From Mobula birostris (taxonomy: Eukaryota), in assembly GCF_030028105.1 (NCBI RefSeq), contig NC_092383.1, positions 85,951,921 through 86,015,920 on the forward strand: DNA of 64,000 bases, in the 5' to 3' direction. The notes below the pieces were generated by a model. It made no database searches and was not told where the DNA came from. It worked only from the letters and a program-made list of their open reading frames with translations. Position 1 is the first letter of the stretch. The number at the start of each line of letters is the position of its first letter. The position numbers and the translations under genes were made by a program. Of the stretch, positions 49,024 to 61,009 are shown piece after piece.

Positions 49024-50305
49024 CAGGGGTCGGCAACCGATTTGCCTCTGTGGGCAGGATCGCATATTAATAAGCGGACGGTGGGCCAGATGAATGCCAT
49101 AAAAAACTTGAAATATGGGAATTATATTTCATCCACTTCCATCACTTTCAAGGATTCTACAACTCGTGTTTTCACTATTATATATTTATAACCATTATTT
49201 TTGCATTTGCACAGTTTGTTCTTTGCACATTGATTGTCAGTCAATCTAGTTTTTTTCCCTTTTAAATACATCTAGTTATGTTTTGCCTCAAATTAATGAA
49301 TAACACATGCTAGAAAATCATTTGTGCTTAACCAAGGATGCCAATTAGTAATCAAAGAACTCAGTTTAGTTTTTCTGTCCTACCATTGCTGGTGCCCCAT
49401 CAGTTGTGATGCCAATTAGCTTCAATGCATTAAGTTTCATTTCTGACATCATTTTCAACAAAGCTTCAAAAATGTCTGCTCCAGTAACTGTGTTCTTCAT
49501 AGGAACTAATTGAATAAGCTCTTCAAAAATTTGAAAAGTTGAGGTCACTCCTCGCACAAACACTGCAAGTTGAGCAGTGTCTCTCAGGTCTGTACTCTCA
49601 TCAAGTGCAATTGAAAAAAAATGCAATTAGTCGCAGGCATCCCTTAAACAACTTTTAACATCTGCTGACATTTCTTCAACTCACCATGTGATGGTTCTTG
49701 CTGACAGGCTGATAGATGCAAATAAAGATTTCTTTTCAGGACAAACAATATCCACCACTACCAGTAAACATTCTTTGATGAACTCTGCATCTGTAAAAGG
49801 CTTCATCTTTTCTGCAATACATTTTGAGGCTTCGTAGCTGGCACAGGTACTTCCTTCATTTTCACTGCTTTTTGGCACTCAGCGTCTAACTTCCTGCGTT
49901 TTGCATTCATTACCATTGGAATTTTTTTCTTTGATTTTATTTCAAAACGCGAGTTATTCAACAGGTATCCTATCACATGTATATATCTGGATATTTAGCA
50001 TGGATTTCTTGTTAAAACACAGTGACGCTGTTTCTGTTTACAAATTTGAATGATCCCATCTGAAAACCTGCGCGTGCACAGAGAGTATCTAATACATATT
50101 AATAAGGTAGTCTGCCTTCTTGACATTCATATATACCAGTGTTTGGTTTGGAACAAAACGGAACCTGGGGCCAGCGTAACAAGACGCCATGCATGTCCAT
50201 CAGTGTGGTCGTGTGAAAAATCGCTCGCGGGCCGGATAAGCATAGTATCCCAATATTTGCTTGTGGGCTGGATGTGGTCCACAGGCCGTAGGTTGCCTAC
50301 CCCTG
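49024..50305 (-). mobile_element. hAT (Charlie group) internally deleted DNA transposon
   Basis: TIRs CAGGGGTCGGCAACC / GGTTGCCTACCCCTG; perfect 8-bp TSD CTCTAAAG (49016-49023, 50306-50313); transposase pieces FSIALDESTD..AQLAVFVRGV and ITTDGAPAM. Confidence 0.92.
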
Positions 50306-52301
50306 CTCTAAAGGGTCCAGATCCTTCCTGTTTTGCAGCAACCAGAACTACACGCATTCTCCAAACATGGAGCTTGCAAACTTTTATACAGCCGCTACAC
50401 ACCTTCCTGACATTTTTATTTAATGTCCAGACTGAAGCCTGTTTTCCCATTGACATTACATCTGTCCCTTTTGACACCTTCATGGAGATATAGACGTGCA
50501 CTCCAAGATTTGTAGATCATTCTGGATCTTCCTTGGTGATAATTCAGTCAAACCACAAACTACAGAAGGTCTGCAGATGTTGGAAGTACAAGCAATACAC
50601 ACAAAATGCTGGAGGAACTCAGCATGCCAGGCAACATCTCTGGAAAAAAGTACGATCAACATTTCAGGCCGAGACCATTTGGCAAAAGTCTTCCTGCTAA
50701 AAGGTCTTGGCCCAAAATGTCGACTGTATTTTTTTCCATAGATGCTGCCCAACCAGCCAAGTTCCTCCAGCATTTTGAATGAGTTGCTCTGTATTTCCAG
50801 GATCTGCAGAATTTCTTTGGCTTATAAATCCACGATATTGCTGTTCACCTAGTTAGATCTTTAGATGCTTGTTGAAGTGGTATGCCATGTGATTTAGTGC
50901 AACCCAGTGAATAATGGATAACAGTTGCCATAAATTTACACATGTTGGAGAAGTAATACAAACTGTTTAATTCTTTAGTCTAGATTTCACTGTAGTTTGA
51001 AAATTGGGGTATTCTGAGAAAATAGCTGATTTATATTCACCCGAAATTTGAGTGTGCATGAAAATGCTTTATATGCCGAAAATGGTAAACCCTAAAATAA
51101 CACTAGGTTCCTGTTTCCACACATGTTCTGGTTTTAAAACTTAGCAAAAAAGGACACTGGCATATGTCACCAGAATTTCCTGTCAATAAAGAACAGAATA
51201 TCAAGTTCCACTTCTGTTTTCCTGTAGCAAGATCATAGAATGTACAACATAGGAGGCTGTTCAGCCCTCCATCCAATACTGGTTGAAAAAGCTCTGTCTG
51301 TTCTGGCCTTTCCTCTAAGACTGGGTCCTTTGCCCGGCAGGTGACGACTCTTCAAATACACCTTCCAGTCTCTGTATATTGTGCTGAAAGTTTCTGCATC
51401 CACCAACCCTTCAGGAAATGAGTTACGGAACCCCATCATTTCTTCACTTCTCCGTGGGTCATCACCTTATCATGGTGAAAAGACTTGTGAGCTCCTTAGA
51501 TCCTGAGAGAGACGCTGTCCAGGGCTTAGCTCATGGTCTAGTCTCCCACGGCGGCAAGATCAAGGGGGAGGTTACAGACATCTCCCCTATAATGCAAATG
51601 ACAGTTACATTTGACCCAAGACCCCTATTTCAACACTCATCTAAATGATCAAGCTTCTTCCTATTTATCATTTTGATGCCCTTTATAATTTTTTCACAAC
51701 TCAATTAAGTCTCCACTCTGCCTCCTCAGTTCCAGACAAAGCCAATCCAATCAATGGTACGACTGAAACATTCAGTCCCTGGCCCATCCTCACTGATCTC
51801 TTCTGCAGACTCCCCACTACATTCTTGTCTTCTGGTAATGTGGTAATTACAAAGGACCAGTGTTCAAGCCATGGGCATAGCCACACTGCTTCTATTTCTT
51901 TTGTCTCTGCAGATAAAAGAAGCCATTTTTCTGCTTTTCTACTCACCTTATCTTTGTCTTCTGTCACACTCAGTGATCAGTGATCACACTCACCAAGATC
52001 CCTTTCACCCTCCGCATTCCTCAATATCATTGCATTTACTTATCCATTTATACACTGGTGGTGGGGTGGAGATACCTCTCTACCAAATGAGGTGCAAGAC
52101 ATTCCTACCCTCCACTAACCTGTGCAGATCACCCTTGGGCAAGGTGTAGCACTTGCTTCACCCTCTCCCCCATCAGGGTCACGTGAAGCCATGGGAGCAG
52201 GAGGTGGATGGTCCGATGAGAGATGGCGCACTTCACGTCCTGTCTGTGCAAATACTGACGCCAGTCCGATAACCTTTGAAGATTATTGACAAGACCTGTG
52301 G

Positions 52302-54440
52302 TGTCACAGCGTTTGGATATGGCCAAAGTGCGGAGAGGGAGAGGGACACTGAAGCGGGTCGATAGTTTACAGACTTTAATGCAAATAGGATTTTAATGGA
52401 AAAGAAAACAATAAATGCAAAATCAAGCAAGCAGGGCCATTCACAAAAGCTCTCAAACAGTAAACTGGATGCCAACACCGCGGCTGAAAGGAATATCTAA
52501 ATATACAATGAATACCGCGAGTTAGCAGCGTCAGCTGACTGCAACCTGACAGTGTAACCCCGCAGCCCAGTCTGTGGTTGTGACAGGGATCCCTCTCTCG
52601 GCGCAGTGCTGAGTCGCTACAAACCTGTGCCTGCTGGAAGACACGAATGAGAGACTTGTCCAAGAAGTCCAGCACAGGGAGCCAAGAACATTCTTCAGGA
52701 CCATGCCCTTCACAGCCCACAAGGCACTAGACCTCACCCCGTAACCGGCGAGATGGCAGGAGGCGCCGTACTGTATTGACCAATGAATGATCTACCAAGC
52801 AGGGAGGAGGAGGATGCTGGTAACTGGTTGGAGCTTGGAAACAATGGACATTGGACGGACCTTCAATAATGCTGGTAGATGAAATCTGTACGAGACCTTG
52901 TTGCAGCCTTTTCCACAACAAGTGGCCCCATGTACCACGGGATCAATTTGTGGCTCTCAACTTTAACGGGAAGATCCCTTGATGCTCAGCAGGTCACCTC
53001 TCCTGGCATGAGAGTTCGCATATGTCGGCGGAGCCGATCAGCTTGTTGGGCATGTTGTTTCTGGGCGCGCAGCCGAGGAGCTTTGGTTGGTCTCAAAGGG
53101 TGCTTGTAGCTTGGAATCAGCGTTCAACATCAGGAACCCCGTCAACAATCTCCTGGTCAGGGAAGAATGCGGACATAGCCGTGGAGGAGGACTGGAGGTC
53201 ATTGCGGGTGATCTCTTCCTAAACTACTTGGGAGCTCCAGAACTTGGGGTTTGGAAGAGGCAAGGCAGTGCAGGCTCGTCAAAAACTCCTGATTCACTCT
53301 CTCAGTCCAGCCATTAGATTGGGGGTAGAAACCAGATGAGAGGCTGGCAGTGGCTCCTACTAGAGAACAGAAACCCTTCCAAAAGAGGGAATTGGACTGT
53401 GGTTTACGATCAGACACTGTCTTGAGGGAAGCTGTGGGGCCTGAACACATGTTGAATCATGAGGGTGGCAATCTCACGAACCAACGGCAACTTAAGTAGA
53501 GCAATGAAGTGGGCAGCCTTGGAAAATCGATCCACAATGACCGGAATGGTAGTGTTTCCATTAGAATGGGGGCAGCCGAGTGATGAAATCCACCGAGAGG
53601 TGACCAGGGACCAGGGACCAGGGTGGAAACTGGCTGCGGACATAGCAGTGCCACAGGACGCTGGCGGGACAGGCAGATACAAGGTCATGGCTATCCTGGG
53701 ACAGTTGGCCACCAAAATTGTCTCTTTATAAACTCCTGGGTCCGTTGAATTTCCAGACTGCTCGCCAGATGAAAGGAGTGACCCCATTCCAACTTTGGAG
53801 CACAATGCCACTGGGGAATACAGCCGGCTGGGAGGTCTCCTACCTGGGCCTGGGTCTGACTGTTCAACGGCCCTCACCTCCGCCGAAATTTTCCAGATCA
53901 TCGGAGCAGCAATCACGAGCGAGGAAGAATGGGCCCTGGATCAGCATTGTCCTCAACGATGGGGACTGAGCGTCGGCCTTGGTATTCTTGGTGTCAGGAA
54001 GATAGGTGAAGAAGAGGGCCCAACAAGCTTGACAGGAGTCTCTTTGTATTCTGAATGTAAGAAAGGTTTTAATGATCTGTCCAAACCCAGAGAGGTTGTT
54101 CTGCCTCCTCCAGCCAGTGTCGCCATTCCTCCGAGGCCCCCTTGACAGCCAGAAGTTCCCTGTTCTCAACATCATAATTACACTCGGTTGTAGAGAAGCG
54201 ATGGGAAATAAAAGCGCAACGGTGCAGTGGGCTATCCTCAGAAGAGCACAGAGAGAGGATATCACCAATGCTGGATGCATTGACCTCGACTATGAAATGC
54301 CTTGAAGGGTACGGGTGTTGTAGCACTGGGCTAGTGGTGAAATGGCGCTGTAAATCCAAAAATGCTCGGTTCATATCGTTCATCCAGGACTCCTGACAAA
54401 GTCTACCTTGTGAGTGTATTTATGGGAGTAGCGATTGGGC
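52302..54440 (-). mobile_element. Sushi-type chromovirus (Ty3/Gypsy), 3' part with LTR at 52302-52585
   Basis: LTR TGTCA..TGACA with purine tract GAGAGAGGGATCCC on the minus strand; chromodomain (SWLPVLDFLDKSLI), integrase (VDRFSKAAHF, GWTERVNQ) and RNaseH (NYDVENRELLAV) remnants. Confidence 0.85.
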
Positions 54441-54449
54441 TGAAATTCT

Positions 54450-55110
54450 GTATGAAGCGGCGATCCTCTACACTGCCAAGAGTCTTACCATTAATACTAT
54501 ATACTGTCGTCATTTTTGACCTACCAAAATGAACCACCTCACACTTATCTAGGTTATCCATCTGCCACTTCTCAGCCCAGTTTTGCATCCTATCAATGTC
54601 CTGCTGTAACCTCTGACAGCCCTCCACACTATATACAACACTTCCAACCTTTATGTCATCAGCAAATTTACTAACCCATCCCTCCACTTCCTCATCCAGG
54701 TCATTTATAAAACTCACATAGAGTAGGGTTCCCAGAACAGATCCCTGAGGCACACCACTGGTCACCAAACTCCATGCAGAATATGACCCGTCTACAACCT
54801 CTTTGCCTTCCATATGCAAGCCAGTTCTGGATCCACAAAGTAATGTTCCCTTGAATCCCATGCCTCCTTACTTTCTCAATAAGCCTTGCATGGGGTACCT
54901 TATCAAATGCCTTGCCGAAATCCATATACACTACATCTGCTGCTGTACCTTCATCAATGTGTTGTCACATCCCTAAAAAATGCAGTCAGGCTCGTAAGGC
55001 ACGACCTGCCTTTCACAATGCCATGCTGACTATTCCTGATCATATTAGCCTCTCCAAATGTTAATACGTTCTGCCTCTCAGGATCCTCTCCATCAATTTA
55101 CCAACCAAGC
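54450..55110 (-). mobile_element. CR1 RT fragment abutting the chromovirus pol
   Basis: MDFGKAFDKVPH, SGVPQGSVLG, KFADD. Confidence 0.85.
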
Positions 55111-55249
55111 ACTGAACATTTGGACTTTCTTTTCACGGCTTTAGATTCAACACTCATATTCAATTTGAAGATGAATCAGTAGCAACGCTTGTTGCTGACT
55201 TAATTTTGTGATTTTGGAGCTGTTAGAGAAAATAAAATATGGGGTCACT

Positions 55250-55960
55250 TGGTTGTCGGCGTGCGTGATGTTCGCATTCAACATCGTCTATTGGCAGAAT
55301 CCGAGCTCACACTCAACTCACATTCCCTTTCGCATTGGAAATGGCAATGGAAGTGGCAGATAATGCTGTTTCGTTGCAACAGTGCAATGTACATCACCGA
55401 CAACTGCCGCAGATTATACTAACATTAACAAAGTGTCCCAGCGAGGGACACTCCACGTTTCCGATCTTACCGTTGTGGTGTATATCATCTGAAGTCTACT
55501 GACTGTCGACACCGAGTTTCCGTCTGTTATATTGGCCAAAAGAAAAGATACTTGACAAAAGTTTGCCGATCTCCGCCTCCGTCCAAACCAGAACCTTCCA
55601 CTGCGGCACAGTACGCGGTTACCGTCACGGAGCCGTAAGCAGACGTGATGTACTCAGATGTTCGAGGGCCAGTTCTCCCTACATGGATGATTTTAGAGAG
55701 TAACGGCAGACACATTTCCTTTGAGCTTGGCACTGGCTGTGCTGTTACTATATGCAGTGAAAAGACATGGGTAAGCATGTTTGGCTCTGACTCTGAAGAC
55801 ACTTACGCCACCGCATTACACTGAAGGCTTACACTGGGGAGCAGTTACAGCTGCTTGGTTGTGGCAGGGTACTCGAGTGTGAAAATCAATCGGACCACAA
55901 CCGGTGAGGGAGAAGGAGTTAATTTACTTGTGTGCGACTGGTTGCAGCAACTGCCTGTCC
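55250..55960 (+). mobile_element. Decayed Ty3/Gypsy gag-protease fragment
   Basis: Protease-like FELGTGCAVTI near 55718-55755. Confidence 0.55.
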
Positions 55961-56382
55961 TAGGTCTGTATCAGATGAAAACCGGCAAGTCGGTCAAGAA
56001 CTTATTCAGGCGAAAAAATATTTCTTAGCAATCCTGATGAAGGTAAACTCAAGGGTACGTCTTCCAGAAACAGTCAGTCCAGCCACTTCCGCGATACCTC
56101 TCCCCTTCGGCCAAAAAGGGAGGGCTCACCAGTAGAATGGTTTTGCCTGTGTGGTAATTAACGTTTCCCAGCCGCTTAGGACCATGCATTCTCAGTTCTG
56201 CTCCAGTTTCAAGGTTTCCCTATGAAACTCCATCTCTCTGTGTCAAGGCTCCGTAAACAGATCCCTCCTGTTTACTGTTAAACGTTCACGTCCGCGTAAG
56301 CATCCTAACTCATTCTCCGTGCCTATGTCCTGCACTTGGAACCCACTTCATCTGCTCATTACAACAGAACGATCTGACCACA

Positions 56383-57339
56383 ATGGATCCAGTACACACG
56401 AGTATCCTGCAACAAGCCCTCGCCAGCCAGGGCTCCCTACTGGGTCTGCACGACCAACTCCTCCGGGAGGCCATGGAGAACCTCCGTTCCCTGTTTGCTG
56501 ACGTAACGAAGATCGGTGACCAGGCGGACCGTGTATCCACTCATTTTACCCCATCCACTTCTGGAACTCTGTCCAACCAGCCCAGACAGCATGTAGTGGC
56601 AACCCCCTACGTGTCAGCAACACCCCCGCCAAGAGAGCCGCACGTACCTGAACCAGAGCACTATGCTGGAGATTTGGGGAAGTGCCGGGGCTTCCTTCTG
56701 CAGTGCTCCTTGGTGTTCGAACAGCAGTCATCCACGTACTCCACGGATAAGTCAAAGATTGCTTATATCATGGGCTTGTTGCGGGGAAGTGTCTTAGCTT
56801 GGGCTACAGCTGTTTGGGATAATCAACCGGAGATCTACTCTTCTTTCGCCACCTTTGTCGCAGAATTGAGAAAGATCTTTGACCACCCTGTCCGTGGTAA
56901 AGACACCGCCAAAGGTCTACTCAATCTCTACCAGGGCTCACGCAGTGTTGCCGAATATTCCGTGGAGTTCTGGACGTTAGCGGCCAACTCGGGGTGGAAC
57001 GATGAGGCACTCCGAGGGGTATATCGGAATGGTCTCAGCGACATGGTAAAAGACGAGTTGGCGGCAACAGACGATACTGACAGCCTGGACTCCTTGATCT
57101 CCTTAGCCACCAGGTTGGACAATCGTCTCCAAGAACGGCATAGAGAAACAACGGGCTGTCCACCACCTTTGACCACTCCACGACACTCATTTCCGTCTCC
57201 CGCCAGAACAAGCCTCTCTCGTCCTGGTCCTAGAGTAGCTCGCAGCCCGGCCGTCTCCACTGCTCAGGGAGAGGAACCCATGCAGCTGGGACGGAACCGC
57301 CTTTTCCCCGCTGAACGACTAGAGAGTGAGAGCGGGTGA
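56383..57339 (+). CDS. Retrotransposon Gag, 318 aa, frameshifted just before the zinc knuckle
   Basis: PEPEHYAGDLGKCRGFLLQC, LLNLYQGSRSVAEYSVEF and LISLATRLDNRL; ECLYCSQSSHF follows in another frame. Confidence 0.85.
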   Translation: MDPVHTSILQQALASQGSLLGLHDQLLREAMENLRSLFADVTKIGDQADRVSTHFTPSTSGTLSNQPRQHVVATPYVSATPPPREPHVPEPEHYAGDLGKCRGFLLQCSLVFEQQSSTYSTDKSKIAYIMGLLRGSVLAWATAVWDNQPEIYSSFATFVAELRKIFDHPVRGKDTAKGLLNLYQGSRSVAEYSVEFWTLAANSGWNDEALRGVYRNGLSDMVKDELAATDDTDSLDSLISLATRLDNRLQERHRETTGCPPPLTTPRHSFPSPARTSLSRPGPRVARSPAVSTAQGEEPMQLGRNRLFPAERLESESG

Positions 57340-60300
57340 GTGTCTATATTGCAGCCAGTCCAGCCACTTCCGCGTTACCTCTCCCCTTCGGCCCAAAGGA
57401 CCAGTAGAAAGGGGGATCCTGGTGAGCCAGACAACATTCCCTTCCGTTCCCTGAACCCGGATGCAGCTTCCAGCTACTTTACGTTACAACCAGCAGTCCC
57501 AGTCAGCACTAGTGGACCCCGGCGCTGAGGGAAACGTTTTGGATGAAAACATAGCTTCCCGGGCCGGGATCCCTCGCGAGCCGTTGAGTACCCCCTTGGA
57601 AGCCCGGGCACTGGCCGGTAGACTACTGGCCTGAGTTACACATTGCACACCACACCTGTCTCTCTTTCTCTCCGGGAACCACAGGGAACAGATACGATTC
57701 GATTTAATTTCCTCTCTTCAAGCTCTGATAGTTCTTGATTACCCCTGGTTAAGCCACCATAGACCCCACATTGACTGGTCCACCAGGAAGATAGTCAGCT
57801 GGCGTTCGTTCTGTCACACCACTTGTCTGCAATCAGCCCTTTCGCCTGTGGAAGTCACCGCGACCTCGTCTGCCTCTGAAACCCCTGAGTTATCCAAGGT
57901 TCCAGCAGAGTATCACGATCTGAGAGAAGTGTTTAGCAAACAACAAGCTCTTTCTCTGCCTCCACATCGCCCTTACGATTGCGCAATTGACCTTCTCCCC
58001 GAAGCCCCCTACCCCCCAGCCGGCTGTATAACCTGTCCCGGCCCGAAAGGGAAGCAATGGAGGCTAACCTAAATGACTCTCGCGGCTGGCATTATCCAAC
58101 CCTCATCTTCCCCTGTAGGCGCAGGTTTTTTTCTTTGTGGGGAAGAAAGACGGCTGACTGCGCCCCTGCATTGACTATCGCGGCCTGGACAGCATCGCCA
58201 TAAAGGATAAATATCCACTGCCCCTTATCTACTCTGCTTTCAAACCCCTTCATGGAGCCACCACTTTCTCTAAATTGGACCTACAGAGTGCCGACCACTT
58301 GGTCAGGATAAGGGAGGGAGATGAGTGGAAAACAGCTTTTAACGCTCCTCTTGGTCATTTCGAATATCTGGTCATGCCCTTCGGTCTCACCAATGCCCCC
58401 GCCGTCTTCCAAGCCCTGATAAATGATGTCCTTAGGGACTTCATTAACCGTTTCATTTTAGTTTATTTGGACGACATCTTAATCTTCTCCCGCAGTCTTC
58501 AGGAACACATCCACCACGTCCGTCAGGTTCTGCAGAGGCTTTGGGAGAACAAACTATTCGTTAAGGCCGAGAAGTGCGAGTTTCATGTCCCTTCTGTCAG
58601 GTTCTTGGGGTACATCATCGGGAGCAGGCAAGTGAGGGTGGATTCCGAAATGATCCGGGCGGTGGCGGAGTGGCCAAAACACACGACACTCAAGCAACTC
58701 CAGCGATTTCTGGGGTTCGCAAACTTCTATCGTCGCTTCATCAGGGATTACAGCCGGGTGGCAGCACCCCTTACTCGACTCACCTCTCCGGCGACCCCCT
58801 TCCACTGGACCCCCGAAGCGGACTCAGCCTTCTCGGAGCTGAAAAGGCGTTTCACCTCCGCTCCCATCCTGGTCCAACCGGATCCCCCTCGCCAATTTAT
58901 TGTGGAAGTCGACGCCTCCGACTCTAGGGTGGAAGCGGTCCTCTCCCAATGCTCCGGCCTAGATCAAAACCTCCATCCCTACGCCGCCTTTTCTCGCCGG
59001 CTATCCCCCGCCCCAACAGAACGATGACATATGGAACCGGGAGTTACTGGCCATCAAACTCGCTTTGGAGGAGTGGAGGCACTGGCTGGAGGGAGCAGAA
59101 CGTCCATTCATCGTCTGGACAGACCACAAGAATCTCATATACATCCAAACCGCCGAACGCCTGAATTCCCGCCAAGCCCATTGGGCATTATTTTTTGGCC
59201 GTTTCAGATTCACACTCACCTGTCTTCGGGGGTCCAAGAACAGGAAGCCTGATGCTCTCTCCCGTCAATACCTCTCTGAAGAGGACCTTCCCAACCCTGA
59301 GGCCATCCTTCCACCATCTTGTGTGGTGGCTGCCCTCACCTGAGAGATCGAATCCATGGTCAAAGAGGCCCAACGGACTCAACCTGACCCAGGCAATGGA
59401 TCCTCCAATCGCCTTTTCGTGCCTGACTCTGTTCAGTCTCAGGTTCGCCAGTGGGGGCACATTTCTCATTTTGCCTGCCATCCGGGATGGATCGAACTCT
59501 GTTCCTTCTGAAGAGACATCTCTGGTGGCCCTCCATGGATGCTGACACTCGTTCCTTCTTCTCTGTTTGTGCCCGCGGAAGTGCCTCCCACCAACCACCT
59601 GGTGGGTTGCTTCATCCTGTACCTGTCCCTAGCCGCCCATGGTCTCACATTGCACTGGATTTTGTTACTGGACTTCACATGGGAACACTGTTGTACTCCC
59701 ATGGTGGACTGCTTCTCCAAAGCCGCACACTTCATAGCCATTCCCAAACCCCCTACGTCCCTTGAAACAGCTGACCTTGTTCATCACGTCTTCCGCCTTC
59801 ATGGAATTCGCTCTGACATTATTTCTGACCAGGGCCCCCAATTCATCTCTCAAGTCTGGAGATCTTTTTGTCAAGCCTTTGGAGCCTCAGTAAGTCTGTC
59901 TTCCGGCTTCCATCCGCAGACTAACAGAACAAGCAAACCAGGATTTGGAAGCGGCACTGCACTGCATGACTGCTAACAACCCGTCATCCTGGAGCACCCA
60001 TCTTGCTTGGGTAGAGTACGCCTACAACTCCCAGGTCAGCTCCATCACCAGAATGTCGCCCTTCAAATGCTCCCTCTGTTACCAATCCCCTCTGTCTCCC
60101 GCACATGAAGAAGACATTACTGTGCCTTCAGTTCATGCCCATCTCCGCTGGTGCCGCAAGATCTGGAAGGATGCGCGTGCGGCCCTGCTCCACTCAGCCG
60201 ACTGCAACTGGAGGATTGCTGATTACCATCGAACTCCTGCTCCCAATTAGCGGCCTGGGCAGAAAGTTTGGCTCTCGTCAAAAGACATGCCCCTTAAGAA

Positions 60301-60660
60301 TGAACCTAAGAAACTTGCCCATCGCTATCTGAGACCATTCGAGATTGAGAGTATAATCAACCCCTCGGCGGTCAGACTCAAACTGCCAAGATCCATGCAC
60401 ATTCATCCCACATTCCACATCTCCCAGTTGAAACCTGTATCTGTCAGCCCTTTGTGCCTCCTGCCAAACCCCCTCCACCCGCCCGGATCATTGACGACTA
60501 CCCAGCGTACACCGTCTGGCGAATTCTGGATGTGCACCGGTGAGGCAGGGGTCTCCAGTACCTGGTTGATTGGGAAGGATACGACCCGGAGGAATGCTGC
60601 TGGATTCCCCGCTCCTTCATCTTGGACCCTTCCCTCATCCATGATTTCCATCGTGACAAT
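57340..60660 (+). pseudogene. Retrotransposon pol with multiple stops and frameshifts
   Basis: Fragmented ORFs 58275-59027 (RT/RNaseH), 59065-59343, 59539-59976 and 59945-60250 (integrase), and chromodomain near 60500-60650. Confidence 0.9.
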
Positions 60661-61009
60661 CTGGACAAGCCTAGTGGTTTGACTGGTGGCTGCTGTTGAG
60701 GGGGAACTATTGTCATGGTCCCAATCGTTAATACTCTATTTTCATCTAATTTCCTTTGATTGTGCCACAACTCTGACTGTTAATTTCCCATTTGCTCCTA
60801 ATTCTCTTTGATGACAACACACCTGGTTTCCATCAGGACCCGCAGCATAAGAACCCCAGCGTTACAACCACTAGTTGGCAGATTGTTGGTATTGCCTGTG
60901 TGGTAATTAATGTTTCCCGGCCGCTTAGGACCGTGTGTTCTAAGTTCTGCTCCAGTTTCAAGGTTTCCCTATACCGTGCCGAGATATATAGACACACAAT
61001 TCTATAATT

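Larger units (their letters stand above)
56135..60970 (+). mobile_element. Near full-length Sushi-type chromovirus with truncated LTRs
   Basis: LTR segment 56135-56230 matches 60888-60970; gag, protease, RT (YLDD), RNaseH, integrase and chromodomain in order; purine tract then TGTCA at 60711. Confidence 0.92.

Noticed and set aside
54403-54861. 152-aa ORF as a novel fusion protein
   Set aside because: Chance in-frame junction of a decayed CR1 RT fragment and Gypsy RT sequence.
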